A stretch of 64,000 nt of DNA from an uncultured bacterium (GCA_963845185.1 CAWJRG010000005.1:740867-804866); one strand, 5' to 3'; shown: positions 28,124 to 39,480, numbered from the stretch's first letter. The notes: a model not told the origin generated them from the sequence alone. Made by a program: numbers and translations.

Positions 28124-28555
28124 ATGAAAAAATTAATTGTACTATTAGGAGTATCAATTTCAGTATTGTTTTCAGGATGTTCAAGCATAGAAGTTTTACC
28201 AAGTATGCCTGGTATAGTAGAAATTATTAAATATTCTGGAGGAAAAATTGTTTTAAAGGATACAGTGAGTACGGACAAATTAATATATAGTTCATCTACA
28301 AACGTTTCAAATGGTCTTACAGCTTATTCTGGTGGCGATTTTTCAGCTAATGCTTCAGCTACTTCAAGTACATCAAACGTAATAGTTGGATATTATAATT
28401 CACAGAATATGTATGTCGGTCTATCTGGGGATTTTGTTGTTAAACAAATAGTAGCGGCTGTACCGGTTCGTTATAGGTATAAAGGTAAAATATATAATTC
28501 AGAGGAAGAAGTAAATGAGGTGATAAATTCGGAGTTGGGGCAGGGTTGGCATTAG
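28124..28555 (+). CDS. Putative lipoprotein
   Basis: AGGAGG RBS and lipobox LFSGC. Visibly more AT-rich than its neighbours. Confidence 0.7.
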   Translation: MKKLIVLLGVSISVLFSGCSSIEVLPSMPGIVEIIKYSGGKIVLKDTVSTDKLIYSSSTNVSNGLTAYSGGDFSANASATSSTSNVIVGYYNSQNMYVGLSGDFVVKQIVAAVPVRYRYKGKIYNSEEEVNEVINSELGQGWH

Positions 28556-28703
28556 AAAGACAAGGCGAAAGCCATGGCACAGTATTGATTGTATATTCAT
28601 TTTTAATACCTAACATTAACTCAATCATATAGGTATTTATAGATGTTGCATTGGCACTGTAAACAGTAGTATAGTCATTTTATTTTATTTAAAATATAAA
28701 TTT

Positions 28704-30707
28704 CTAAAACCTATACCTTTTTTTCTTTTTTTTCTTAACGCCTATTGCCCTTATGTCCTCAATTTTATCCCTTAAAACTGCTGCTTTTTCGAAATTCAGC
28801 GATTTGGCTTCCTTATGCATTTCCTTTTCCATTTGGCGTATTAAATCTTCCACGTTCTTGTATTTAAACTCGCGCTCTTCCTCAAGCAGAGGCACGGTAT
28901 AATAATCCATTTCGTAAATGCTTGTCATTATGTTTTTTATTTCTTTTTCTATGCTCTTTGGCGTTATGTTATTCTTTTTGTTGTATGCAATCTGCTTATC
29001 CCTTCTTCTGTCAGTCTCGCTTATCGCCTTTTTCATAGAGTCTGTCATTTTGTCCGCGTACATTATGACTTTCCCGTTTATGTTCCTTGCAGCCCTGCCT
29101 GTAGTCTGTATCAGCGAAGTACCTGAGCGTAAAAAGCCTTCCTTATCCGCGTCAAGTATGGCTACAAGAGACACCTCGGGAATATCGAGCCCCTCCCTTA
29201 ACAAATTTATCCCTATCAACGCATCGAATTTTTTTTCACGCAACTCTCTTATTATTTGTATTCTTTCGAGTGTCTCTATTTCCGAGTGCAGGTATCTGCA
29301 TTTTATGCCTTTTTCCTTTAGATAAGAAGTCAGGCTCTCTGCCATTTTTTTTGTAAGTGTGGTGACAAGCACCCTTTCGCTTTTCTCTGCACGTTTTTTT
29401 ATTTCATCCATCAAATCATCTACCTGTCCTTTTGTCGGTTTAACTATTATTTCCGGATCCACAAGGCCGGTCGGCCTCACTATCTGCTCTGCCACGTTCT
29501 GCTTTCCGCTTTTATCAAACTCGTATTCGTCGGGTGTGGCAGACACAAAAACCACCTGGTTAATTTTTTTCTCAAATTCGTCAAAAGTCAGCGGCCTGTT
29601 GTCAAAAGCAGCCGGCAGGCGAAAGCCGTAATCAACGAGATTTTTCTTCCGTGAAAAATCTCCTGCCTGCATGCCGTGCACCTGCGGCACAGTTACGTGC
29701 GACTCGTCTATGAACATCAAGTAATCATCGGGGTAATAATCCAGCAAAGTGTAAGGCGGCGAGCCCGGCTTCCTGACTTCTATTATTCGTGAATAATTTT
29801 CTATTCCCTTGCAGTACCCCATTTCAAGCAGCATTTCCATATCGTAATTTGTACGGGTTTTTAGCCTTTCGTACTCGACGGGCTTGCTTTTAAAAAATAC
29901 GAGCCTTTCCTCAAGCTCTTTTTTGATATTTTCCACAACTATTTTTATGTTATCCTCCGGCATTATATAATGCGTCGCCGGGTATACGAGCAGGCGCCTG
30001 AGTTTTGATGTAGCGTTTTTGCTGACAGGGTCAATCTCCGAAATCCTTTCCACAGTATCACCGAAAAATTCTATCCTTACGGCGTTTTCAGAATATGACG
30101 GGTATATCTCGACAATGTCGCCCTTTACCCTGAATATGCCCTGCGTGAATTCAAACTCGCTCCTTTTGTACTGCATCACCGTGAGCTTTTCGGCTATCTC
30201 GCGCGTGGATATTTTCATACCCTCCTCTAAAAACATATCCATCCTTTTGTAATTTTCCGGCGAGCCTATGCCGTAAATGCACGATACGCTCGCGACTATT
30301 ATGACGTCCCGCCTTGTTATCAGCTTATGAGTCGCCGCAAGCCGCATCCTGTCAAGCTCGTCGTTTATGGCAGAATCCTTTTCTATGTAAAGGTCCCTGT
30401 GAGGCAGGTATGCTTCAGGCTGGTAATAGTCGTAATATGAAACAAAATATTCCACGGCGTTATCCGGAAAAAATTCCTTGAATTCCATGTATAGCTGTGC
30501 GGCGAGTGTCTTGTTGTGGGAAATGACTATTGCAGGCCTATTGACCTGCTCTATCACCTTTGCCATGGTAAAAGTCTTGCCTGAACCCGTGACGCCGAGC
30601 AAAGTCTGGAATTTCTTGCCTGATAGAATCCCTTTGCTTAACTTTTCTATGGCTTCAGGCTGGTCGCCGCTCGGCTTGAAATCTGTCTTTATTACAAACT
30701 TGTCCAT
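28704..30707 (-). CDS. uvrB: Excinuclease ABC subunit B
   Basis: [35 protein letters not shown] and a C-terminal UVR domain. Confidence 0.98.
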   Translation of the reverse strand: MDKFVIKTDFKPSGDQPEAIEKLSKGILSGKKFQTLLGVTGSGKTFTMAKVIEQVNRPAIVISHNKTLAAQLYMEFKEFFPDNAVEYFVSYYDYYQPEAYLPHRDLYIEKDSAINDELDRMRLAATHKLITRRDVIIVASVSCIYGIGSPENYKRMDMFLEEGMKISTREIAEKLTVMQYKRSEFEFTQGIFRVKGDIVEIYPSYSENAVRIEFFGDTVERISEIDPVSKNATSKLRRLLVYPATHYIMPEDNIKIVVENIKKELEERLVFFKSKPVEYERLKTRTNYDMEMLLEMGYCKGIENYSRIIEVRKPGSPPYTLLDYYPDDYLMFIDESHVTVPQVHGMQAGDFSRKKNLVDYGFRLPAAFDNRPLTFDEFEKKINQVVFVSATPDEYEFDKSGKQNVAEQIVRPTGLVDPEIIVKPTKGQVDDLMDEIKKRAEKSERVLVTTLTKKMAESLTSYLKEKGIKCRYLHSEIETLERIQIIRELREKKFDALIGINLLREGLDIPEVSLVAILDADKEGFLRSGTSLIQTTGRAARNINGKVIMYADKMTDSMKKAISETDRRRDKQIAYNKKNNITPKSIEKEIKNIMTSIYEMDYYTVPLLEEEREFKYKNVEDLIRQMEKEMHKEAKSLNFEKAAVLRDKIEDIRAIGVKKKKKKRYRF

Positions 30708-30855
30708 TTATTTTGCCTTCCTGTCTAAATTCGGTTGTGATGTGATTGAAGCCTGCTGTTTTTTATTTCAGACAGGTTTACTTGTATCAATAAATTATTA
30801 TATAGTTTCTTTTAATAATTGGATTTTTTTGCCCGTCAACCTAATTGTCGGAATA

Positions 30856-32313
30856 TTACGAGTTTTTTCTTTTGGCTATTTCCTGCAAAAGTTGTTTTAC
30901 TTCGGCATGGTCCGGATATTTTTCCGAAACCTTGTTAAATATATGCATCGCTTCTTTAAGCATGTTCTGGCTTATATATATATGAGCCGTTGTTATCAGG
31001 GAATCAAGGTTCTTTTCGCTCACTATTATATCGTCTTCTTTTTTTCCTGCCGGTTCTTTTTCCCCAATATCATCCACTATAGTATCTTCCCTGGGTTGCT
31101 CTTTACGTACCGCATCCTTGGTTTCTGTTTCGCCAACCCTGGGTACCTCGTAAGCTTGTTTAAGGTAATCCATTACCGATCTCTGTTTTTCCACTTGATT
31201 GTCTGGAATAACCCTGGAAAACTCGGCTTTAGGCTGGCTGGGTTCCGGCGCTGGCATTTCCTGCTGCATCATTTCCTTTTGCTTTTTCCATTTTTCTATG
31301 GCTTCCCTTTTCGCGCTTTCCAGCAGTTCCTGTTTCTTTTTTTCCTGTTCCTCCATTATTCTTTTTATTTCTTCTGCTTTCAGCTTTTCAGTCCGCTCGG
31401 CTTCGTCCAATTTTACCTTTAATTCGTCTGCTGCTTTTTTTATTATATATGTTTCCTTTTGCTCAAGTTCGCTTTGTATTTTTTTCTCCTCTTCCAGTAA
31501 TTTCCTTGCCTTTTCTTCTTCTTCCTGCAATATTTTGGCTTGACGGTCCTCCATGGCCCTCTTTTTCACATCCTCAAGCCTGTTTGAACCGCCTCGTTCG
31601 ATTTTTTCCCAGATGCGTTCACCTGCCACGCTCTGCGCCACCAGCATATAAACACTGTGCAGTTTTTCCTTAAGTTCTTCGTTATTTGGGGCAAGTTTAA
31701 GGGCTGTTATATAGGTTTCCACCGCTCCGTCAAAGTCGCCGTTATTCAGGTAATTCTGTGCCATATTGTCAAATTTATCTATCAGATCCTTTTGAGGGTC
31801 CTCTTTCACGGAGGCTTTCTGCTGTTCCTGAATCTTCCTTGCCCTTTCAAGGTATTTCTGCTCCTCGTCGTTCAACTCCTTTAATTTGATATTTATAGGG
31901 AATTCCTCGCTGCTAAACTCAGTTATTTTTTCGTAAATTTCCCTGGCCGCGGCATATTCATGCTGAAGCGTTTTTTTCTCAGCCTCTCTTACAAGAAACC
32001 GCACCGAGGATTTTATTTTATTATTTATCCTTTCATCGTCCGGGTAAAATTTTTGGATTTTTTTGCAGAGTTTAATTGCTTTTTCGTAATGTTCTTTTTT
32101 TTCTAGCAGCATTATGGTGTCTATATATGATTCAAGGGCCTTGGCTTTATCCCCGTTTTTAAAATGAGTATCCCCAAGCATGTTTAATACGTTAAAATCC
32201 TCAGGGTCTGCTTCATAGAGCTTTTTATACAGGTCTATCGCCTTGTTATACTCCGCGTTCTGGTAATACCCGTAAGCCAATTTTATGGATAATTTTTTCT
32301 CCTCTAAATCCAC
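30856..32313 (-). CDS. TPR and coiled-coil protein
   Basis: N-terminal TPRs, E/K-rich coiled coil, C-terminal TPR. GTG start with GGGAG RBS. Confidence 0.8.
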   Translation of the reverse strand: MDLEEKKLSIKLAYGYYQNAEYNKAIDLYKKLYEADPEDFNVLNMLGDTHFKNGDKAKALESYIDTIMLLEKKEHYEKAIKLCKKIQKFYPDDERINNKIKSSVRFLVREAEKKTLQHEYAAAREIYEKITEFSSEEFPINIKLKELNDEEQKYLERARKIQEQQKASVKEDPQKDLIDKFDNMAQNYLNNGDFDGAVETYITALKLAPNNEELKEKLHSVYMLVAQSVAGERIWEKIERGGSNRLEDVKKRAMEDRQAKILQEEEEKARKLLEEEKKIQSELEQKETYIIKKAADELKVKLDEAERTEKLKAEEIKRIMEEQEKKKQELLESAKREAIEKWKKQKEMMQQEMPAPEPSQPKAEFSRVIPDNQVEKQRSVMDYLKQAYEVPRVGETETKDAVRKEQPREDTIVDDIGEKEPAGKKEDDIIVSEKNLDSLITTAHIYISQNMLKEAMHIFNKVSEKYPDHAEVKQLLQEIAKRKNS

Positions 32314-32469
32314 GTTATTCTCCCTGTTTTCAGCTTTTTTACCATTCTTTATAAAATTATAATATTTATATTATTGAAAAGCAATCTGAAAATTTCACCG
32401 AAAAACGCGTTTTTAAATACAGGTGCCCTCCGGCTGAACATAGCTGATGTCGCAGTACGAGTTTTAATA

Positions 32470-34791
32470 TTATTTTGTCAATAGTTCGACTTCGACCCTC
32501 GCGCCTTTTGCCTTTGCCTCTTCTTTTGAAGTTGTATCAATATATTCCCCGTCGCCGGCGCCCATGACATAAATATTTTTCTCAGGTATCTTTTGCCCTG
32601 TAACGAAATAATCCCTTACCGCGAGTACACGGTCAATCGAAAGCATAATGTTTTTTTCGGGATCGTCATAATCATTTGCATAACCTCTGATAAATACATA
32701 ATAATTTTTAGCGTATTTTTTTATTGCGTCCGCTGCCTGGTTCAGCGAAGCATAATCATCAAGCGGAATATTTTTATCCTGCTTGGGAAATAATACCGCC
32801 GCAAGCATAAGTTTCATTCCTACGGCATTAAATTCGGGCAGCATTGTTTCGCAATATCCGTCTTTCTGCAAAATAATGCCGTTTTTTTGCGTCACGTTTA
32901 TCCTGTATTTGTATATGGAGCCCTCGCGCGTGTAAGCATTATTATGCATGTCTTTTCCGTTCCATGTGATACTTTGCGCTGTTACGGTCTTAGCGTCAAT
33001 TTTGCTTATGAGATTGTCGTCCAAGTCAAATATTCTCAGATCCCACTTTAGCACTTTATTTATGCCCTTGAAATTTACGCCTATGCTCAGACTTTCCTTG
33101 CCTATTTTAAACAGCCTGTTTTCGGCTGTGCCTGCAAAAGTTACAATGGTTGTATCAACATCAAATTCTGATTTTGTGTCAAATTTATTCCCCGCATAAT
33201 CCTCAATTGAAAGCATGGCCCTGTAGTGCCCATTTTTAATAATACTGCCTGCCGCAATTTTTCCGTCCCATGTCACTTTTCCTGCAGCTCCCTCTCCAGA
33301 AAATTTCTTTATTATATTGTTGTTTTTATCTGTTATAGAAATATCCCAGGATTGTATATCCTTGTCTTGCGAGTCTATGTTTATTTGAAGTTTATCAGCT
33401 ATGCTTTTCGTTGCCGGCGCAAACACTTGTGGGTAAATCATAAGTTGCGCTGTGGGAGCGACGGTATTGACGGAAACTATCCTGAGTTTCTGAAGCAATA
33501 TTTTCCCTGAATAAGAAACCGTGAATTTTGCCGTATAGTCACCGTCAGAAACTATATGCCGGTTATTGTCGTACCCGTCCCAGAAAAGTTTGCCGGGCGG
33601 AGTGCCGGCTCCGCTGAAATCAATAACTTTATGGCTTGCAGAATCCAGTATTTCTGTTTCCCATTGTAGCTCTTTCATTCCGGCCGGTATATTAGATATA
33701 TTAAATTCCGCTTTGTCGCGCGTTGACCCTTCTTTTGGAGAAAAATATTTCTGCGCTATATTAAACTCCACATCCTTTATTTTTTCCATAAAGACTTTCA
33801 GTTCATCCGTTTTTATTTCCTCGCGTATCCCCGGCTTTGCTTTTTGCTTTGGGCCGATGAAATACGAAACCGCCAGTTTATGCGTTTCTCCCATTTCCTC
33901 AAAATCCGGGACATAAGCATAATCAATGTTAAAATCTTCTTTTTCGTAAGAAAATCCGAATGTAAATTTAAAAGGCTGCGATCCGTTTTCCATCCAGTAA
34001 TATCCCCACCTGAACCCAAAATTCCCCATAATTTCATTTAAAAACCATTTTTCCATTCCCAGGTTTATTGCCCTTTTGTCATATCCCGTGTTTTCTCCGT
34101 AATGGGTCACGTCAAAATCCCCGGCTACAAGAAGGCTTCTGTCCAAGTAATAACTCGTTCCCAGCTTGAAGAGTACAGGGACTTTTTCCTGCAAATTATT
34201 GCTCCAGTTGATATATGAATCAATATCCTGTATAAAAAAACTAAACCTGGCTTTTTTTTCCCATATATCCGGAAAAGCCAGGAGTCCTATATCAACACTG
34301 CTCATACCGCCCGAAACGGATGAATCATTTATACCGATTCCGAGCATCTTTATATTTATTCCCATCGCTATTGACTTGTTTTCGTCAATATAAGTGGCGC
34401 AAGAAAGATAAAGCAAATCGTCCGTCTCTTTGGATTGAAAAAAAAGGGTTTTCCTGTAGGTTGCGGCTGCTGTGCCAAGGTCTGACATTGGATAAGTATA
34501 GTTAAAGCCTAAATCCGTCTGGGTGTTCTTGAAAACAGAATCATAAAATATATTCGCACTCTGCCTGGAAACAAGTACAAGCCCAGCCGGGTTCCAATAA
34601 AACGCGGAAAAATCGTCAGCTACAGCCGAAAACGCGCCTCCCATTCCAGCGGCTCTCGGCCCGATAGCCCGCATTAGATCGTCTTTTGCAGCATCGGCAT
34701 ATAGGTCTGCAGCAATAAGGACGACCAGCGTTATTGATAAAATCTTCAATAAAACTTTTCCGGATTTATAAATCGGCATCATCCCTCTCAA
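32470..34791 (-). CDS. PorV/UPF0164-like beta-barrel fused to FlgD-like Ig domains and an OmpA-like C-terminal domain (exact start uncertain)
   Basis: GPRAAGMGGAFSAVADDFSAFYWNPAGL plug motif, three W(D/N)G-containing Ig units, and RGYAND...LSIDRVLAVRDYF...RVEV. Confidence 0.75.
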   Translation of the reverse strand: MRGMMPIYKSGKVLLKILSITLVVLIAADLYADAAKDDLMRAIGPRAAGMGGAFSAVADDFSAFYWNPAGLVLVSRQSANIFYDSVFKNTQTDLGFNYTYPMSDLGTAAATYRKTLFFQSKETDDLLYLSCATYIDENKSIAMGINIKMLGIGINDSSVSGGMSSVDIGLLAFPDIWEKKARFSFFIQDIDSYINWSNNLQEKVPVLFKLGTSYYLDRSLLVAGDFDVTHYGENTGYDKRAINLGMEKWFLNEIMGNFGFRWGYYWMENGSQPFKFTFGFSYEKEDFNIDYAYVPDFEEMGETHKLAVSYFIGPKQKAKPGIREEIKTDELKVFMEKIKDVEFNIAQKYFSPKEGSTRDKAEFNISNIPAGMKELQWETEILDSASHKVIDFSGAGTPPGKLFWDGYDNNRHIVSDGDYTAKFTVSYSGKILLQKLRIVSVNTVAPTAQLMIYPQVFAPATKSIADKLQINIDSQDKDIQSWDISITDKNNNIIKKFSGEGAAGKVTWDGKIAAGSIIKNGHYRAMLSIEDYAGNKFDTKSEFDVDTTIVTFAGTAENRLFKIGKESLSIGVNFKGINKVLKWDLRIFDLDDNLISKIDAKTVTAQSITWNGKDMHNNAYTREGSIYKYRINVTQKNGIILQKDGYCETMLPEFNAVGMKLMLAAVLFPKQDKNIPLDDYASLNQAADAIKKYAKNYYVFIRGYANDYDDPEKNIMLSIDRVLAVRDYFVTGQKIPEKNIYVMGAGDGEYIDTTSKEEAKAKGARVEVELLTK

Positions 34792-34802
34792 AATTCGGTT
34801 CT

Positions 34803-34849
34803 AAAAAAAATGACCCAGTTTTAACATATTATATTAAAACCGGGTCATT
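34803..34849 (-). terminator. Intrinsic terminator after hup
   Basis: AATGACCC...GGGTCATT stem followed by a U-tract on the minus strand. Confidence 0.65.
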
Positions 34850-34888
34850 GTTAAAGCCCAATTATATTTGTGCTTTTATCTTTATTAA

Positions 34889-35164
34889 TTATTTTAAAAC
34901 TGCGTTTTTTACGTCTTTTGCAACTCTGAATTTTACTACCCTTTTCGCAGGAATCTGGATTTGTTCTCCGGTCATAGGATTTCTTCCTATTCTTGCCTTT
35001 CTGTCTCTTACGGCAAAAATTCCCAGTCCCTGGATTTTTACCTTTTTATCCTTCTTCAAAGTTTTAATAACTACTGCATTTAAAGCTTCAAGCACAGTCT
35101 TTACTTCTTTCTTGCTTACTTTAGCTTCGTCAGCAAGAACCCTGATCATTTCGCTTTTCGTCAT
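34889..35164 (-). CDS. hup: DNA-binding protein HU
   Basis: MTKSEMI...GLGIF...ARIGRNPMTGEQIQIPAKRVVKF. Confidence 0.96.
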   Translation of the reverse strand: MTKSEMIRVLADEAKVSKKEVKTVLEALNAVVIKTLKKDKKVKIQGLGIFAVRDRKARIGRNPMTGEQIQIPAKRVVKFRVAKDVKNAVLK

Positions 35165-35190
35165 TTTCTGGCCTCCCTTTCTTGGATTTT

Positions 35191-35943
35191 TTATTTAGAT
35201 TTAGTATCTTCAGTGATTGAGAATCTCCAGTGAAAATCAATGAACGGAAAATAGATTGGATTCTGTTCATTTATTCCAAATGAATAAATACCAATCTTAA
35301 TCCTGGTTACATCGCCTACGGCAAATTCACAGCCCATGCCGGCATTAAAACTTACTTTACTGTTCATCATATCGGCAGTAGTTTCCATCGAGAATCTCAT
35401 TATTTTCGAAGGCTCGCTGATAATGGATAATCCCACTTCTGAGTTGTCTGCTCCTCCCGACACCATCTCTATAAACGTATTGTCGGAAAGTTCACTTAAA
35501 CCATTATATTTATATAATGCGTTAATATAAAATTTGGGGGTTATCTGCTTGGTAATATATGCCGCAAAATCATAACACCCGATAGAACTGTTAGTATCAA
35601 GAATCCAGGAGGAAAACCGGAAGTATGACCCTCCCACACTTATTGCAGGAAATATTTCAGATTCCGGCAGAATATTAATCTTTGCATTAACATTTTCGAC
35701 TTGTAAAATCCAAATCCAAAACTCTGTCCCTATTTGCAAATTATCAATTATTCCATAATTAATTGGCCCATATATATCCATATCAAATTCGCCGCCATGT
35801 AAATTATAAGCTATATCTTCCCACATGCCCCAAAGCGGTTTTTCATTTTCGTTAAATTCCGCGAATATAGGCAAAACAGCAATAAAAATCGTCACTATGA
35901 CGAGCAAAGCTGTCTTTTTTTTCACTAATTTCCTCCATTTCAT
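35191..35943 (-). CDS. Hypothetical exported protein, possible beta-barrel
   Basis: Signal peptide and amphipathic strands ending PFIDFHWRF. Confidence 0.6.
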   Translation of the reverse strand: MKWRKLVKKKTALLVIVTIFIAVLPIFAEFNENEKPLWGMWEDIAYNLHGGEFDMDIYGPINYGIIDNLQIGTEFWIWILQVENVNAKINILPESEIFPAISVGGSYFRFSSWILDTNSSIGCYDFAAYITKQITPKFYINALYKYNGLSELSDNTFIEMVSGGADNSEVGLSIISEPSKIMRFSMETTADMMNSKVSFNAGMGCEFAVGDVTRIKIGIYSFGINEQNPIYFPFIDFHWRFSITEDTKSK

Positions 35944-36159
35944 TTGATAAAAACGCTATTTATTATACAACTTTATATCATATAGAACCATTAAGGTCAA
36001 TAAAAAAATTACTTTTTTAAGGGGTTTTATGCGTTTTTCTTATTCTATCGATAACCTCCACTGTAAATTCTAACGTAATTTATACGCATTTTTTTAATTT
36101 CTCCCCCAACTTTTTCCATTTCACAGCGAAATTACTGCTTAAAAAGCCGCAAAAAAAAT

Positions 36160-36831
36160 TTACTTTTTAATTTCCTTTCCGTTTGCGATGTTAATTTCTT
36201 TTATTGCAATTTTTTCGGTAGTGTGTCTTTGAATTAAAAATATTGCTTCTTCCGCGAATAAATTTTCTAGGCCCGGGTTAAATTTCAACCTGACGCCCTT
36301 ATTTATAAGGTAAATTTGCTTTAATATATCTATGCCGCGGGCTTTGCAAAAATCTTTAAAATCATTTATTGTCAGCAGGTGTATGTTCGGTGTGTTATAC
36401 CATTCAAAAGGCAAAATCGACGATTTGGGCATCCTCCCTGAAAACAAAAATTTAAGGCTTAACTTCCAGCAGGCGAAATTTGGAAAAGATACGATTGCTT
36501 TTTTGCCTATCCGTACTATCTGGTCTAATACGTAATCCGGCCTTTTGACGGCCTGCAGCGTTTCAGAAAGTATGACATAGTCATAGGCCTGGTCTTTATA
36601 CTGGTCAAGTCCTTCGTCTATATCTTCCTGGATAACCGAAACGCCTCTTTTTATGCATTTTAAAACTTCATCCGTACTTATATCAATGCCGAGTCCGTAA
36701 GTCTTTTTTTTCATGTGCAATAGTTGCAGCAGTTCTCCATCCCCGCAACCAAGGTCTAAAACGCGCGAGTTTTCCTCTATGATGCTGACTATCTCTTCGT
36801 AAGTATTTTTTAAATAAATTTCGTTGTACAT
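36160..36831 (-). CDS. metW: Methionine biosynthesis protein MetW
   Basis: VLDLGCGDGELL, ILSETLQ, SFPNF, GRMP and WYNTPNIHL. Follows metX. Confidence 0.95.
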   Translation of the reverse strand: MYNEIYLKNTYEEIVSIIEENSRVLDLGCGDGELLQLLHMKKKTYGLGIDISTDEVLKCIKRGVSVIQEDIDEGLDQYKDQAYDYVILSETLQAVKRPDYVLDQIVRIGKKAIVSFPNFACWKLSLKFLFSGRMPKSSILPFEWYNTPNIHLLTINDFKDFCKARGIDILKQIYLINKGVRLKFNPGLENLFAEEAIFLIQRHTTEKIAIKEINIANGKEIKK

Positions 36832-36839
36832 CTGTTCAC

Positions 36840-38063
36840 CTAAATATTAATATGGGAAATAAAATTTTTAATCGCTTGTGAAAGTATTTTATTTTCCGCA
36901 ACAGTTTTTTTCTCGAGCAAAAACGCATCATGACCGTGCTTTGATTTGATTTCAAGATAAGAAACATCTTTGTTATTTATCCTTAACGCCTCGACTATTT
37001 TCTTTGACTGATCCGACGAGTAAAGCCAGTCGGAAGTAAATGAAATAAGGAGTGTTTCCGCCTTTGTCCTTTTTAAAGCCTTTGTGAGCGACCCTCCGCC
37101 GTATTTATCTTCCACCTCAAAATAATCCATGGCCTTTGTAAGGTAAAGGTAAGAATTCGCGTCAAACCTGTTTACAAATTTTTTGCCCTGGTGGGCGAGG
37201 TAGCTTTCTACTTCAAACTCCCTGTCAAACTTTTTTTCAAGGTCAGCGTCCGGCTGCCCCAGGATATCCTTTATTTTATAGGAATAATTTTTTACATCGC
37301 CCTGCAGGCGCCTGCCGAACTTCTGGTCCATACCCTCTTCGCTCAGGTACGTTATGTGACCTACCATCCTTGCTATAGCAAGTCCGGTAAGCTCCTTGTT
37401 TTTACCGTAGTAATCTCCGTTTTCCCAGTCCGGGTCGGTAGTTATGCTGTTTCTTCCAACTGCGTCAAAGGCGATTTCCTGCGCTGACTGCGAAGTGCAT
37501 GATGCTATTACGATCGCGCTCTTTGGTATGTCTGGAAACTGGAGAGTCCATTCAATTGCCTGCATTCCACCCATGGATCCCCCAATGACTGTCACGAGTT
37601 TTTCAATACCAAGCTGGTCAAGCAGGCATTTCTGCGCTTTAACCATGTCTGATATTGTGACCACCGGGAATTCAAGGCCGTATGGTTTGTTTGTTTTTGG
37701 GTTGATTGACGCCGGGCCCGTGGACCCGTAACAGCCACCCAGTACATTGGAACATATCACGAAGTATTTGTTTGTGTCCATTGCCTTGCCCGGGCCTATC
37801 ATGATATCCCACCAGCCGAATTTCTTTTTTTCACCCTTTATGTCTTCGTCCGAATAGTAGCCGGCGGCGTGCGCCCCGCCTGACAGCGCGTGTAACACGA
37901 GTATGGCATTGCTTTTGGTTTTATTAAGCTCCCCATAGGTTTCATAGGCAATTGTTACAGGCCCGAGTTTTTTCCCGCTTTCGAGAACAAACTCGTTCGG
38001 TGTATCTGCAAATGTAAAAGTTTGCTTTTTAACTATGCCTATTGAATCATTCGGCTTTTCCAT
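36840..38063 (-). CDS. metX: Homoserine O-acetyltransferase
   Basis: HALSG, NVLGGCYGSTGP, GGSMGG, RFDANSY and HGHDAFL. Confidence 0.96.
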   Translation of the reverse strand: MEKPNDSIGIVKKQTFTFADTPNEFVLESGKKLGPVTIAYETYGELNKTKSNAILVLHALSGGAHAAGYYSDEDIKGEKKKFGWWDIMIGPGKAMDTNKYFVICSNVLGGCYGSTGPASINPKTNKPYGLEFPVVTISDMVKAQKCLLDQLGIEKLVTVIGGSMGGMQAIEWTLQFPDIPKSAIVIASCTSQSAQEIAFDAVGRNSITTDPDWENGDYYGKNKELTGLAIARMVGHITYLSEEGMDQKFGRRLQGDVKNYSYKIKDILGQPDADLEKKFDREFEVESYLAHQGKKFVNRFDANSYLYLTKAMDYFEVEDKYGGGSLTKALKRTKAETLLISFTSDWLYSSDQSKKIVEALRINNKDVSYLEIKSKHGHDAFLLEKKTVAENKILSQAIKNFISHINI

Positions 38064-38184
38064 ATCTGCTCCTGTAAAATATTTTTATCTGTAATTTTTC
38101 TTTTGCGTAATTATTCATTAGTAATCGATTTCAAATATACCATTAACCAATTTCTAACGCAATAATATTTTAAAATCCGTCTGG

Positions 38185-39480
38185 CTATTTCTGCGAAATC
38201 GCCAACGCCTCATCTAGCGCTTCCTTTATGTCGTCAATGTGCTCTATGCCTATGGACAGCCTTATAAGGTCCGGTGTAATACCGGATTCTTTTTGCTGTT
38301 GCTCTGTCAGCTGCGAATGTGTCGTGCTGGCACTGTGAATAATAAGGCTCTTTGCGTCCCCGACATTGGCAAGGTTAGAAAATAATTTAATGTTGTCAAT
38401 CAGTTTCACGGCAGGCTTGTATCCGCCCTTTAAACCGAATACGATCATACCGCCAAAACCGTTCATAAAAATTTTTTTAGCTATCGCATGGTCAGGATGG
38501 CTTTCAAGTCCCGGATACTTTACCCAGCTGACTGCAGGGTGCTTTTCCAGGAATTTTGCGGCCTCCAGTGCGTTGTCAGAATGCCTCTGCATTCTCAAAG
38601 GCAGGGTTTCTAAACCCTGTATTATCTGCCATGCATTGTCCGGTGATAAACAGGCACCCAGGTTGCGCAACGGCACAAGTCTTAAACGCAGAGCATATGC
38701 AAGAGAAGACAGGGGCCCAAGATCATAAGCGAACCTCAGGTCATGGTAACTCGGTTCGGGTGCGTTAAAATTCGGGAATCTTTTGTCTTTCCATTCAAAT
38801 TTTCCGCCATCAACTACAATTCCGCCGATTATCGTGCCGTGGCCGCTGTACCATTTCGTCAGGGAAATGACTACAATGTCTGCCCCGTGTTCTATAGTTT
38901 TAATTATATATGGAGTAGTAAAGGTGGCGTCGACAACCAAAGGTATTTTATGTTTCTTCGCCACTTTTGATACAGCCTCAATATCTGTAACACCCAGCAG
39001 TGGATTGCCTATCGTTTCAATAAAAATCACTTTTGTTTTTTCTGTTATAGCCTTTTCATAAGCAGCTATGTCGTCATACTGGACAAATTTAGTTTTTACT
39101 CCGTAATTCGGCAGGATATTGTTGAACATCGTATATGTCCCTCCATACAGGTTATTTGCAGACACGATTTCATCGCCTTCTCTTGTGATGTTCAGGATTG
39201 CGTAATGTATCGCAGATGTGCCTGAAGATGTGGCTACTGCACCAACCCCGCCCTCAATAGTAGCCACCCTGTTCTCCAGTATTTCAGTCGTAGGATTTCC
39301 GAGCCTGGTATATATATTGCCCATCTCCTTCAGTGCAAAAAGGTTTGCTCCGTGTTCCGTACTCTTGAAATTATACGCAGCGGTCCTGTAAAGCGGTACT
39401 GCCCTTGACTGTGTGGTAGGATCGTTTGCATACGCCGCATGTAAAACCTGTGTCTCCAGCCTGTAATTTTTTTCACTCAT
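38185..39480 (-). CDS. metY: O-acetylhomoserine aminocarboxypropyltransferase
   Basis: YTRLGNPT, SLTKW (PLP lysine), ANVGDAKSL, STTHSQL and RLSIGIE. Confidence 0.95.
   Translation of the reverse strand: MSEKNYRLETQVLHAAYANDPTTQSRAVPLYRTAAYNFKSTEHGANLFALKEMGNIYTRLGNPTTEILENRVATIEGGVGAVATSSGTSAIHYAILNITREGDEIVSANNLYGGTYTMFNNILPNYGVKTKFVQYDDIAAYEKAITEKTKVIFIETIGNPLLGVTDIEAVSKVAKKHKIPLVVDATFTTPYIIKTIEHGADIVVISLTKWYSGHGTIIGGIVVDGGKFEWKDKRFPNFNAPEPSYHDLRFAYDLGPLSSLAYALRLRLVPLRNLGACLSPDNAWQIIQGLETLPLRMQRHSDNALEAAKFLEKHPAVSWVKYPGLESHPDHAIAKKIFMNGFGGMIVFGLKGGYKPAVKLIDNIKLFSNLANVGDAKSLIIHSASTTHSQLTEQQQKESGITPDLIRLSIGIEHIDDIKEALDEALAISQK

Noticed and set aside
30478..31422. 314-aa + strand ORF (also 50310..51158)
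   Set aside because: Antisense to uvrB/TPR or the PP2C gene, Phe/Leu- or Ser-rich, with no motifs.
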